This document shows positions 54,305 through 63,697 of a DNA stretch of 64,000 bases, one piece after another. The stretch is from positions 1,730 through 65,729 of the forward strand of contig CAVSRK010000002.1 in the NCBI GenBank assembly GCA_963730335.1, given 5' to 3'. The translations under genes were made by a program, and so were the position numbers. This stretch comes from an uncultured Alphaproteobacteria bacterium. GTDB lineage: Bacteria; Pseudomonadota; Alphaproteobacteria; Rhizobiales; Methyloligellaceae. A model generated the notes under the pieces. That model did no database searches and had not been told where the DNA came from. It worked only from the letters and a program-made list of their open reading frames with translations. How positions within the stretch are numbered: the first letter of the stretch is position 1; the number at the start of each line of letters is the position of its first letter.

Positions 54305-55872
54305 TCAGATGAGGAAGATTGTGCCGATGATCACGATCAGGCACAGAACCACTTACCAGAAGAACGGCTTGGCCCGCAACGACCCGGCCGTGGTCTTGAG
54401 CTCGCGCAGGATCAGATAGCCGCCCACCAGCCAGTGGCCTCGCCGTCTTGGTCCATATGTTTCGGCACGCGCTTCCAGCCGGCGAACAGATTGCCGATCA
54501 GGCCGAGCATGGAGCGGAAATCAACCGCCATGAGCCCGGTCCTGTCCTGGAAGATGACGTCCTCGCCGGCGATGAAGCCTGGGCCCACCCGGCCGATGGC
54601 CTTGCCGTCGAGCCGTACCGGCCGGCCGCGGACCGGAGACGCGCTGGGGTCACCCATCAGCGCCATGACCGTGGCCGGCTGCGGCGTGCGGAACGGATAG
54701 CGCAGCGGCAGCGTCGCCAGCACGCCCACGGCGATGGCCACCGGCGCCAAATGCCAGGCGCCGCCGAGGCCGACCACCAGCCCGAACAGGAGCGGGGCCA
54801 TGAGCAGCAGCAGCTCGCCAAGGAACTGACCCCAGAGTTTGCCGCGGCTGAGATTGACCCGCGCGGCCGCGGCCGCGACATCGTAATCGGCGAAGGCTTG
54901 ACCCTTGGCGCGCGCGATCTCGCCGAGATGAGCCACCCGCCGCCCGGTCAGAGGGTGGGTGGAATTGAGCTGAACCAGCGCGGCCCAAGGGTTGTAGGTG
55001 TCGAACAGCATGGCCTCGGCGGCGGCGCCGGGCTGGCTGGCGGCGCTTTCGGCCATTAGGCCGGTATAGCGCGCATTCTTCACGTCGATCACGCCGAGAT
55101 GGCGCGTCGACCTGAGCAGGCTCTGGGTGGCTTCGGTGTCCTCGATGGCGACGATGCCGTAAGCGATCTTGATCAGCGCGCTGGCGAGATGGCGCGGCTC
55201 GACCCGATTGGCGGAGAAGGCGTCGGCCAGATACTCGCGGGTGCGGCTGAGATACAGCAGCAGGTAGATGCCGATATAGTAGCCGACCAGCGCGACGATC
55301 CCGACGAGCGCTCCATAACCCTTGCGGTCGCTGCCGCTCGTGCGCGTGCGCACCAGCGCGGCGTAGATCTGGTAGAGGATCTGCACCAGCATGCCGGCCA
55401 TGGTCATCAAGATGAAATCGCGATTGACGATATGGCCGAGTTCGTGCGCGAACACGGCGCGCTGCTCGTCGGGGCTCAAGAAATCGAAGATGCCCTGGGT
55501 GACCACGATGCGGGCGTTCCCGCGCAGCAGCCCGTAGGTGAAGGCGGTCGGGTTGCGGTCGGGGATGAAGCCGATCTTCGGCGCCTTGAAGCGGTAGTCG
55601 TCGGCTACTTGATGGATGAGCTGGTGGATGCCGGGATAGCGCTCCTTGACGGCGGCATCGTCGAGGAATTCGAGCTGGTTGAACCAGCGCAGCGTGAGGT
55701 CGGAGAGCCACGGGCTGATCAGCCAGATGACGAGATTGATGATCACGGTCAGGGCGATGGCGAGGGTGAGATTGACCTCTCCCGAAGCCACCAGGGCGGC
55801 AAGCACCAGGCCGGCCACCATGCCCACAAGAATGCCGAACGTAATCAGCGAGGCGGAGACGAGACGAGCCAC
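54305..55872 (-). pseudogene. htpX: M48 (HtpX-like) zinc metalloprotease with damaged C-terminus
   Basis: PNPTAFTYG, AHELGH, SRTREYLAD and THP motifs are present. The annotated ORF stops at 54412, but another frame continues GYLILRELKTTAGSLRAKPFFW*VVLCLIVIIGTIFLI* to 54305. Confidence 0.7.
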
Positions 55873-55954
55873 GGCGGATTTCCCCCCAAGAAACGAAAGC
55901 AGGAGAGATTAACGTCAGCGGGGCGTCGGCGCCGCTAGATTCGCAAAGCTTCTT

Positions 55955-55976
55955 GTCATTCCCGCGCAAGCGGGAA
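55955..55976. repeat. REP-like palindrome (truncated)
   Basis: GTCATTCCCGCGCAAGCGGGAA, stem TTCCCGC/GCGGGAA. It resembles the recalled GTCATTCCCGCGAAAGCGGGAATCC alphaproteobacterial repeat. Confidence 0.65.
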
Positions 55977-55986
55977 GGCGGACGGC

Positions 55987-56475
55987 TCACTCCTTCGGTG
56001 CCCCCTCCTCCGGGAGAAGGCTCACGTGCTCCTGCTCCTCGGGATCGTTGCGCGCCACGATGGCGATGGCGGGCTTGGTGGCGCTGAGATTGACGGGCTG
56101 GTGCGGCACGTCCGGAGGGATGAAGATAAAGTCGCCGGCCTCGTTCACTACGCTCTTCTTCAGGCCCTCCCCGTAGCGGGTCTCGACCCGGCCTTGGATG
56201 AGATAGATGGCCGACTCGAAGCCTTTGTGCGCGTGCGGCTCGGCCGAGCCGCCGGGGGGAATGACGACCTTCAACAAAGAGAGGCCCTTGGCCCCGGCGG
56301 TTTTGCCGGAAATGCCGGGAAAGATGGGCAGCGCCTGTTTGGATTCACCGACTTCGACCCCGCGCACGGTGACGACGTCCTGGTAGTCACGGTCCCCGAT
56401 GATGGTCGGCTCGGCGGAGGCTTGGCCCAAGAGCGCGCAGCAGGCAGCAAACGCGATCAGTGCCGTGGGTCGCAT
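55987..56475 (-). CDS. Cupin (RmlC-like) protein with N-terminal signal peptide
   Basis: HAHKGFESAIY and FIFIPPDVPHQP cupin motifs; MRPTALIAFAACCALLGQASA leader; AAGGAG RBS. Confidence 0.88.
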   Translation of the reverse strand: MRPTALIAFAACCALLGQASAEPTIIGDRDYQDVVTVRGVEVGESKQALPIFPGISGKTAGAKGLSLLKVVIPPGGSAEPHAHKGFESAIYLIQGRVETRYGEGLKKSVVNEAGDFIFIPPDVPHQPVNLSATKPAIAIVARNDPEEQEHVSLLPEEGAPKE

Positions 56476-56528
56476 GGGTCTCTCCTTTCGGGCAGGCGAG
56501 CTACGGCGCGTCGTCGCGGTGCTCCGTT

Positions 56529-56921
56529 TCACCGTTGCTCGGCGCGGACGAACTGGGCGAGCTTGTCGCCCGAGGCATCGAACAGGATCAGGGTAGTGTC
56601 GGTCTGCGCGAAGCTGCTGGCCGCCTGGAGCGTGGCGAAAAACGTGGCTTCCAGCTTGATCAGCCCAGGACAGCCTTTCCGGGTCGAGGCCAGCGGGCCG
56701 ATCTTGATGTGGTTGCCGGAGACGGTATAGCCGCCGAAGAAGCGGTTGCAGCCGCCACTGCCGGTGATTCTGCCGTCGGGCTTGAACTCGACCTCGATCT
56801 TGACGCCGGCGGGGAGCTCTGCCGCGCTCATGAAGCTCGGCCGCCACTCGCTGCCGGCGAGGTCGACGCCCATGGTCAGGCCGGCCGTGCCGACCGCCAA
56901 CACCAAGCCGAACAGCGTCAT
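56529..56921 (-). CDS. META (HslJ-like) domain protein
   Basis: LAGSEW, ITGSGGCNRFFG, IGPLASTRKGC. The start could be 56972. Confidence 0.88.
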   Translation of the reverse strand: MTLFGLVLAVGTAGLTMGVDLAGSEWRPSFMSAAELPAGVKIEVEFKPDGRITGSGGCNRFFGGYTVSGNHIKIGPLASTRKGCPGLIKLEATFFATLQAASSFAQTDTTLILFDASGDKLAQFVRAEQR

Positions 56922-57106
56922 GTCATCCTCGTTGCGCGCGCCTAAAGGCCCGGTTTCATTGGCGCGCAGCATATCGGCAGGCGGCCGGCGCCTGCATTAA
57001 ATCTTTGCAACGCCCGGGCATGGCCGCCGTTACAATCGGGGGAGGCGCGGAACGAAACAGAAGCGCTTAACAAAAAGAGCCTATATAAGCCGGAACAAAG
57101 CTTCAG

Positions 57107-57183
57107 GACCCCGTAGCTCAGTCGGATAGAGCACCAGATTCCTAATCTGGGGGTCGCGCGTTCGAATCGCGCCGGGGTCGCCA
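57107..57183 (+). tRNA. tRNA-Arg (anticodon CCT)
   Basis: Acceptor GACCCCG/CGGGGTC, D-arm, anticodon stem CCAGA/TCTGG with loop TTCCTAA, TTCGAAT T-loop, encoded CCA; 77 nt. Confidence 0.97.
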
Positions 57184-57320
57184 CTCACTCCCTCCCTTTG
57201 GCCGTCCATCCGCCTGTTGATTGGGCGAGTTAGCGGCTAGCGCCATTGACCCGGCTGGGCTAAGTCAGACTGTGGGCCATGCGCGACAGGCGCATGGGCT
57301 CGATCTAATGGGGGGAAACC

Positions 57321-57584
57321 ATGGATATCGTCGGAATCATCGTAGCCTTGGTGATCGGCGCGATCGCCGGCTGGCTGGCAGGCGTCATCGTCGAAGGCGG
57401 CGGATTCGGCCTGCTCGTCAACATGCTGCTCGGCATCGTCGGCGCCTTCATCGCGGCGCTGCTGTTCCCGAGGCTCGGTCTTGGCTTGACGCTCGGCGGA
57501 GGGGTCGTTGGCGCGATCGTGGCCTCCACGCTCGGCGCAGTGGTGCTGCTGCTTATCGTCAATCTGATACAGCGCCTGATGTAG
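57321..57584 (+). CDS. GlsB/YeaQ/YmgE family stress membrane protein
   Basis: IGAIAGWLAG...NMLLGIVGAFIA...STLGAVVLL. Confidence 0.9.
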   Translation: MDIVGIIVALVIGAIAGWLAGVIVEGGGFGLLVNMLLGIVGAFIAALLFPRLGLGLTLGGGVVGAIVASTLGAVVLLLIVNLIQRLM

Positions 57585-57682
57585 TCCGGCAGCCGCGAGC
57601 GCGGCGCCTCACCTGCACGATAGCGGGTCAAGCAGCGTTGGCAGTCTTATGCCGACGTTGATGGGGTAGTTGTGCGCGCAGC

Positions 57683-58561
57683 CTAGCGGGTGGGCATCGG
57701 CTTCTCGCCGCGATAGTCGTAGAAGCCGCGCTTGGACTTGCGTCCGAGCCAGCCGGCCTCGACATATTTCACCAGCAGCGGACAGGGCCGATATTTTGAG
57801 TCGGCCAGCCCCTCATACAGCACCTGCATGATCGACAGGCAGGTATCGAGCCCGATGAAATCGGCGAGCTGGAGCGGCCCCATCGGATGATGGGCGCCGA
57901 GCCGCATGGCGGTGTCGATGGCGTCGACCGAGCCCACGCCCTCATAGAGCGTGTACACCGCCTCGTTGATCATCGGCAGCAGGATGCGGTTGACCATGAA
58001 GGCTGGGAAATCCTCCGACACGGCGACCGTCTTGCCGAGCGTCTCGACGAATTCCCGGGTGCGGCCGAAAGTGGCGTCCTCGGTGGCGATACCGCGGATC
58101 ATCTCGACCAGCTCCATGACCGGCGCCGGGTTCATGAAATGCAGCCCGATGAAGTGCTCGGGCCGGTCGGTCGAGGCGGCGAGGCGCGTGATCGAAATGG
58201 ACGAGGTGTTGGTGGCGACGATGGCGTCCGGCTTGATGAACGGACACAGCGACACGAAGATCTTGCGCTTCACCGTCTCGTCCTCGGTGGCGGCTTCGAT
58301 CACCAGATCGGCGTCCCCCAGCCCCTGCATGGTCTCGGCATAGGTGATGCGGCCGAGCGCCTTGTTCTTCTCGTCTTCGCTGATCTTGCCGGATGCGACC
58401 TGGCGGGTGAGGTTCTTGTCGATGGTGGCGATCGCCTGCTCGACCCGCTCCTTGGCGATGTCGTGCAGCACCACGTCGTAGCCCGACAGCGCGACGACGT
58501 GGGCGATGCCGCTGCCCATTTGGCCTGCGCCGATGATGCCGATCTTGCTGATGGGAGCCAT
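57683..58561 (-). CDS. hbd: 3-hydroxybutyryl-CoA dehydrogenase
   Basis: GIIGAGQMGSGIA, TNTSSISIT, GLHFMNP, HPMGPL. Confidence 0.94.
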   Translation of the reverse strand: MAPISKIGIIGAGQMGSGIAHVVALSGYDVVLHDIAKERVEQAIATIDKNLTRQVASGKISEDEKNKALGRITYAETMQGLGDADLVIEAATEDETVKRKIFVSLCPFIKPDAIVATNTSSISITRLAASTDRPEHFIGLHFMNPAPVMELVEMIRGIATEDATFGRTREFVETLGKTVAVSEDFPAFMVNRILLPMINEAVYTLYEGVGSVDAIDTAMRLGAHHPMGPLQLADFIGLDTCLSIMQVLYEGLADSKYRPCPLLVKYVEAGWLGRKSKRGFYDYRGEKPMPTR

Positions 58562-58649
58562 GTCAGATTCGCCTTTCGCGGCCGGATCGGCCCGGAGGCT
58601 TGAGCCTTGCACTATGTCGTCCATGGTCATTCCTCTGAACCTGCCTACG

Positions 58650-59594
58650 CTAATAGCCTGCCTTTTTGAGCTCGGCGTCGAGCTCGGGCAGGACGGTGAA
58701 CAGGTCGCCGACGAGGCCATAGTCGGCAACCTGGAAGATGGGGGCGTCGGCGTCCTTGTTGATGGCGACGATCACCTTGGAATCCTTCATGCCGGCCAAG
58801 TGCTGGATGGCGCCTGAGATGCCGATGGCGATATAGAGCTCGGGCGCGACCACCTTGCCGGTCTGCCCGACCTGATGGTCGTTCGGCATGTAGCCGGCGT
58901 CGACCGCGGCGCGGCTGGCGCCCACCGCGGCGCCGAGGCGGTCGGCCAACGGCTCGATCAGTTTCTTGAAGTTGTCGCCGGACTGCATGCCGCGGCCACC
59001 GGAGATGACGATGCGGGCGGCGGTCAGCTCGGGCCGCTCGCTAACGCTGATTTCCGAGCCCTCGAAGCTCGACAGCGAAACCGGGGCGGCGGGCTTGACC
59101 TCCTCGATCGGGGCCGAGCCGCCCTCGCCCGCACCGGCAAAGGCGGTGGTGCGCACCGTGGCGACAATGATCTTGTCGGATGTCTCGACCGTCTGGAGCG
59201 CGTTGCCGGCGTAGATCGGGCGCACGAAGGTGGTGGGCGACTTCACCTCGATGATGTCGGAAATCTGGGCCACGTCGAGCATGGCGGCGACCCGCGGCAG
59301 GACATTCTTGCCCATGGTGGTGGCCGGCGCGAGCAGCACGGTATAATTCGCCATCTGCGGCAGGACGGCAGCCGCCGTCTCCTCGGCGAGGCGTTGCGAC
59401 AGATGCGGGCCTTCCGCGATGAGAACCTTGCGCACGCCGGTTAGCTTGGCGGCTTGATCCGCGACGGGCCGGCACTCCTGGCCGACCACGAGGATATCGA
59501 CCTCGCCGCCGAACGCTTGCGCGGCGGTTAGCGCCTTGGCGGTCGCCGGCGCGAGAGTTTTGTTGTCGTGCTCTGCCAGCAGGAGGATCGCCAT
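58650..59594 (-). CDS. etfA: Electron transfer flavoprotein alpha
   Basis: [35 protein letters not shown]. Confidence 0.97.
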   Translation of the reverse strand: MAILLLAEHDNKTLAPATAKALTAAQAFGGEVDILVVGQECRPVADQAAKLTGVRKVLIAEGPHLSQRLAEETAAAVLPQMANYTVLLAPATTMGKNVLPRVAAMLDVAQISDIIEVKSPTTFVRPIYAGNALQTVETSDKIIVATVRTTAFAGAGEGGSAPIEEVKPAAPVSLSSFEGSEISVSERPELTAARIVISGGRGMQSGDNFKKLIEPLADRLGAAVGASRAAVDAGYMPNDHQVGQTGKVVAPELYIAIGISGAIQHLAGMKDSKVIVAINKDADAPIFQVADYGLVGDLFTVLPELDAELKKAGY

Positions 59595-60344
59595 CTAGAG
59601 GACTCCCGCCTCGTTCTTCAACTTGTCGACCAGCGCAGCAACGCTATCGACCTTGATGCCCGCCTCGCGGCCCTTCGGCTCGGCGATGGACAACACCTTG
59701 AGGCGCGGCGCGATATCGACGCCGAGCGCTTCGGGCGTGGTCTCGTCGATCGGCTTCTTCTTGGCCTTCATGATGTTGGGCAGCGAGGCGTAGCGCGGCT
59801 CGTTGAGCCTGAGATCGGTGGTGACCACGGCGGGCTTGCTGATGGTGATGGTCTCGAGCCCGCCATCGACCTCGCGCACCACTTTGAACTTGGCGCCGTT
59901 GAGCTCGATCTTGGAGGCGAAGGTGCCTTGCGGCCAGCCGAGCAGCCCGGCGAGCATCTGGCCGGCCTGATTGCAGTCGTCGTCGATCGCCTGCTTGCCC
60001 ATGATGATGAGGTCGGGTTTCTCGTTCTCGGTCACCCGCTGCAACAGCTTGGCGACGGCGAGCGGCTCGACGGTCTGGTCGGTCTTGACCAGAATGGCGC
60101 GGTCGGCGCCCATGGCGAGCGCGGTGCGCAAAATATCCTGAGATTTGACGCTGCCGATCGACACCGCGACGATTTCGGTCGCCTCGCCGCGCTCCTTGAT
60201 GCGGACGGCTTCCTCGACGGCGATTTCGTCGAACGGATTCATCGACATCTTGACGTTGGCGAGGTCGACCCCGCTCCCATCCGACTTGACGCGGACCTTA
60301 ACGTTGAAATCGACAACCCGCTTTACGGGAACGAGAATCTTCAT
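59595..60344 (-). CDS. etfB: Electron transfer flavoprotein beta
   Basis: [29 protein letters not shown]; TAG-ATG junction with etfA. Confidence 0.97.
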   Translation of the reverse strand: MKILVPVKRVVDFNVKVRVKSDGSGVDLANVKMSMNPFDEIAVEEAVRIKERGEATEIVAVSIGSVKSQDILRTALAMGADRAILVKTDQTVEPLAVAKLLQRVTENEKPDLIIMGKQAIDDDCNQAGQMLAGLLGWPQGTFASKIELNGAKFKVVREVDGGLETITISKPAVVTTDLRLNEPRYASLPNIMKAKKKPIDETTPEALGVDIAPRLKVLSIAEPKGREAGIKVDSVAALVDKLKNEAGVL

Positions 60345-60472
60345 GCGGCCATTGTTCCCCGCACGCTATGACCGGCCCCCCTAGCCCAGTCATCTCGCAA
60401 CTGCGAAATGGCGGCGACCGTACTGCCGGGCCTAGCCCAAGTCAATGGTTTCCGGGCATTTAAGGCGGGGAT

Positions 60473-61183
60473 TTACGCGCCGCCCCGGGTGCGGTCGAAC
60501 AGCACTACACCGCGCCGCCGCATGAACAGGATCAGGGTCGCCCCTGCCAGAAGTCCGCCGATATGGGCCCACCAGGCGACGTTCTCCTCGCTCTCGAATA
60601 GGAGATTGCCGAACTGCGCGGCGATCCAGATGCCGAGCGCCCAGACCGCGGTAATCCGGATCGGAATGCGCCACAGCGCCAGCACCCAGACCTTCACCTT
60701 AGGATGCAGGATGATATAGGCGGCGATCACGCCGGCCACCGCGCCGGACGCCCCGATCAACGGCAACTCCGAGGTCGGATTCATCCAGGAATGCAGCACC
60801 GCGGCGAAGACTCCGCACATCAGATAGAACATGACGAAGCGCATGTGTCCCATGGCGTCTTCGATATTGTCGCCGAACACCCATAGGAACAGCATATTGC
60901 CGAGCAGGTGGATCCAGCCCCCGTGCAGGAACATGTAGCTGATGAGCGTGAAGCGCTCCGGCATGAACGCGCCGCTCGCGAACATGGTCCCCGGGTCGGT
61001 CCCGCCCGACATGAGCTTGGCCGGGATGACGGCGAAGGCCGCGGCGTTTTCCTCATCGAGCGGAATGAACCAGCCGCTCTCGAACATCGCGTAGATGGCG
61101 ACGTTGAGCGCGATCAGCGCCACCGTCACATATTGAAAGTGGATGCGCTTCAGCGGGTTGGTGTCATGAAGGGGTATGAACAC
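60473..61183 (-). CDS. Rhomboid family intramembrane serine protease
   Basis: MFLHGGWIHLLGNM, GASGAVAG, WWAHIGG. Confidence 0.94.
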   Translation of the reverse strand: MFIPLHDTNPLKRIHFQYVTVALIALNVAIYAMFESGWFIPLDEENAAAFAVIPAKLMSGGTDPGTMFASGAFMPERFTLISYMFLHGGWIHLLGNMLFLWVFGDNIEDAMGHMRFVMFYLMCGVFAAVLHSWMNPTSELPLIGASGAVAGVIAAYIILHPKVKVWVLALWRIPIRITAVWALGIWIAAQFGNLLFESEENVAWWAHIGGLLAGATLILFMRRRGVVLFDRTRGGA

Positions 61184-61202
61184 GGTTACACCGTTGGCCG
61201 CA

Positions 61203-61781
61203 TCAGCGGTTCTTGCCCGGCACCCAGGTCACGTCGAGCTTGCCCTTGTCGTTGGCAGAACGGGCCGCGACGAACAGAAAATCCGAGAGCCGGTTGATAT
61301 AGCGAAGAGCGGCTTCGCCGACCGTCTCGCCCTTCCGTGCGGCGAGCGCCACCATGAGACGCTCGGCCCGGCGCGAGATGGTCCGGGCCAGGTGCAGATA
61401 ACTCGCGGCCGGCGAGCCGCCCGGCAGCACGAACGAGCGGAGCGGCTGAAGCTCATGGTTGAGCGCATCGATCTCGCCTTCCAGCCGCGCCACCTGGGCG
61501 TCGGTCACTTGCAAACGCCCGCGCGCGTCCTTGGTTTCGTCGGGGAAGCAGAGATCGGCGCCGAGATCGAACAAATCGTTCTGGATGCGGGCGAGCATGG
61601 CGTCGAGCACGGGCAGGCGGTCTCTGGTGTGCAGGCGCGCCAGGCCGATGGCGGCGTTAGCCTCGTCGAGCGTGCCATAAGCCTCGACCCGGAGATCGTA
61701 TTTGGCGACGCGCCGGCCCGAGCCAAGCGCAGTGGTGCCGTCGTCGCCGGTGCGCGTGTAAATCTTATTGAGAACTACCAT
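61203..61781 (-). CDS. Cob(I)alamin adenosyltransferase (PduO/MMAB type)
   Basis: KIYTRTGDDG, QNDLFDLGA, FVLPGG, RRAER, YINRLSDFLF. Confidence 0.95.
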   Translation of the reverse strand: MVVLNKIYTRTGDDGTTALGSGRRVAKYDLRVEAYGTLDEANAAIGLARLHTRDRLPVLDAMLARIQNDLFDLGADLCFPDETKDARGRLQVTDAQVARLEGEIDALNHELQPLRSFVLPGGSPAASYLHLARTISRRAERLMVALAARKGETVGEAALRYINRLSDFLFVAARSANDKGKLDVTWVPGKNR

Positions 61782-61872
61782 TGTGCCCGCCTTGGGAAGC
61801 CAGAGTTCCGCGGGTCGTGCCGACCTGGTTACAGCTTAGCGCAGCTTGGCGCCGAAGGCGATCAAGCCTTCG

Positions 61873-62070
61873 TTAGGGGCCTTTGCCGGCCAGGTAGATT
61901 GCGGCCATCACTAGGCAAAGGGCGATGAACTGCAACACCACGCGCCAGCGCATCAGGAGCTGGCTGGTATTGGGATTGCCGCCGCGCAGCATGTTCCACA
62001 GCCCGAGCAGCAGCACGGTGGCGACCGCGGCCAGAGCGAACGGAATGGCGTAGTTCCTGAGTATTTCCAT
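61873..62070 (-). CDS. Twin-TM small protein (HIG1-like)
   Basis: LLLGLWNMLRGGNPNTSQLLMRWRVVLQF; usual neighbour of the PduO-type gene. Confidence 0.88.
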   Translation of the reverse strand: MEILRNYAIPFALAAVATVLLLGLWNMLRGGNPNTSQLLMRWRVVLQFIALCLVMAAIYLAGKGP

Positions 62071-62110
62071 GATTGCGACCCGTCGGGCCTCGGCCGGTTT
62101 GACCCGCACT

Positions 62111-62770
62111 CTAGTTGCGGGCGGCACCGGCGTCGAGCGCGCTCATTGGGCGAAGGCTGCTAGGGCTGGGCGGCGGCGGCCGTGGCCAGGGCGCATGCGC
62201 GAAACTATCCTGCGAAAGCCGCCAGATGGCGAAGCTGCCGAGCGCGAGTGCAACGAGGAGCGCGGCGGAGATGCCAGCGAGCGCAACGGGCGAGCGCTCG
62301 ATCCCTTTGCCTTTCAGGATGCTGTCGGTCTCGCGGATCAGACGATCGACGTGGTGGTCGAAATCCTGGCCGGTATCGACGCGGACCGCGTTGCGGTAGG
62401 AAAACTGCTTGAGGCTGTCCGGCAGCTGCGCGGGGGACGGAATTTCGCCGCGGCCGACCAGGACCGGAATGACGGGGATGCCTTTCTTGAGCGCCGTCTC
62501 GACCTCGATGCGGACCTGATCGTTGTCCTCGTCGATCCGGGCGCCTCCCTCAGGGGTCGAGCCGCGCCAATTCGGCCCCACCACCGCGAGCAGGACATCG
62601 CTCTGCTGCAACACGTCTTGAATGTGGGAGCTGAAATCGACGCCGACGGGGACGTTGTCGACGTCTCTGAACACCGACTTCCGGCCGTAATGGCGGATCA
62701 GCCGGTCGAAAATGCGCCCGGTGATGGCCTCGGAATCGGAGCGCCGATAAGAAATCGAGAGTCTCGGCAT
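62111..62770 (-). CDS. TIR-domain protein with one TM helix
   Basis: ISYRRSDS, VFRDVD, VRIEVETAL (Glu retained), IPVIPVLV, then TM ALAGISAALLVALALGSFAIW and a short tail. Confidence 0.9.
   Translation of the reverse strand: MPRLSISYRRSDSEAITGRIFDRLIRHYGRKSVFRDVDNVPVGVDFSSHIQDVLQQSDVLLAVVGPNWRGSTPEGGARIDEDNDQVRIEVETALKKGIPVIPVLVGRGEIPSPAQLPDSLKQFSYRNAVRVDTGQDFDHHVDRLIRETDSILKGKGIERSPVALAGISAALLVALALGSFAIWRLSQDSFAHAPWPRPPPPSPSSLRPMSALDAGAARN
62113..62140. repeat. Imperfect direct repeat copy (matches the SDR gene 3' end at 62872-62899)
   Basis: AGTTGCGGGCGGCAccGGCGTCGAGCgC versus AGTTGCGGGCGGCAatGGCGTCGAGCaC, 25/28 identical, copies 759 bp apart. Confidence 0.85.
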
Positions 62771-62816
62771 CAGGTCGCCACGGGGAAGGTAGCCTCCTTA
62801 TCGTGCCGCAAGCGCA

Positions 62817-62844
62817 ATTCTAGATGAGACGGGGCGAAGCGCAA
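62817..62844 (-). promoter_or_regulatory. sigma70-type promoter of the TIR gene
   Basis: Minus strand TTGCGC-N16-TAGAAT, about 47 bp upstream of ATG 62770. Confidence 0.5.
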
Positions 62845-62869
62845 CGTATGACGGAGGGCATTTTCAGGC

Positions 62870-63697
62870 TCAGTTGCGGGCGGCAATGGCGTCGAGCACC
62901 GAGGTGGGCAGGAAGCGGCGGAATAGCGCCGCCGCGTAGGTTGGCACGGTCACGTAATAGCGGCGTTTTGGGCTCCGGCTTTCCAGCGCGTGGGCGAGCT
63001 TAAGCGCGACCGCCTCAGGGCCGAGCTTGAAGGTCTGATCGCCGCCCTCCTCGAGCCGGGCGATGCGGGTGCGATAGATTTCGCTATGATGCGAGGCGTC
63101 GAGATCGATATGGCGGCGATAAGCTTCCAGTGCGTGCTCAAGGAAGCGAGAGGCGATCGGACCCGGCTCGATCAGCACGATCTTGATGCGGGTCGCAGAG
63201 AGCTCGAGGCGGAGCGCGTCGGCAAGCGCTTCCACGGCGAATTTGCTGGCGCAATAGGCACCCCGATAGGGAGCCGAGACGAGGCCAAGCACGGAGGAAC
63301 AGAACACGATACGTCCCTCCCCTTGCTTTCGCATGGCGGGGATGACGCGGGCAGTGAGATCGTGCCAGCCGAAAAAGCCCACCTCGAACTGAGCGCGCAG
63401 CACTTCGCGCTTCAAGTCTTCGACCGCGCCGGGCTGGCCATAAGCACCGTTGTTGAACAGCGCGGTGAGCTTACCTCCCGTCGCTTCGAGCACCTGCGCG
63501 ACAGCCGTCACGATGGACTCGGGCTCGGCGTAATCGAGATAAAGGCTCTCGAGGCCCTCCTCGTCTTCGAGCCGCGCAAGATCTTCAGCCTTGCGCGCCG
63601 TAGCGAACACGCGCCAGCCGCGCGATTTCATTTCGCGCGCGGACGCGAGCCCGATGCCTGACGAGCAGCCGGTGATGAGAACGCTCCGCTCGCTCAT
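62870..63697 (-). CDS. Short-chain dehydrogenase/reductase (YbbO-like)
   Basis: TGCSSGIG, NNGAYG, YCASK (YxxxK). Confidence 0.94.
   Translation of the reverse strand: MSERSVLITGCSSGIGLASAREMKSRGWRVFATARKAEDLARLEDEEGLESLYLDYAEPESIVTAVAQVLEATGGKLTALFNNGAYGQPGAVEDLKREVLRAQFEVGFFGWHDLTARVIPAMRKQGEGRIVFCSSVLGLVSAPYRGAYCASKFAVEALADALRLELSATRIKIVLIEPGPIASRFLEHALEAYRRHIDLDASHHSEIYRTRIARLEEGGDQTFKLGPEAVALKLAHALESRSPKRRYYVTVPTYAAALFRRFLPTSVLDAIAARN

Noticed and set aside
55987-56847. 286-aa ORF suggesting a META-cupin fusion
   Set aside because: The upstream part is an out-of-frame read of the META gene. The cupin has its own RBS and ATG at 56475.
57107-57680. tRNA-Arg as the attachment site of an integrated element
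   Set aside because: No duplicated tRNA 3' end and no integrase were found downstream; only one small gene precedes hbd.
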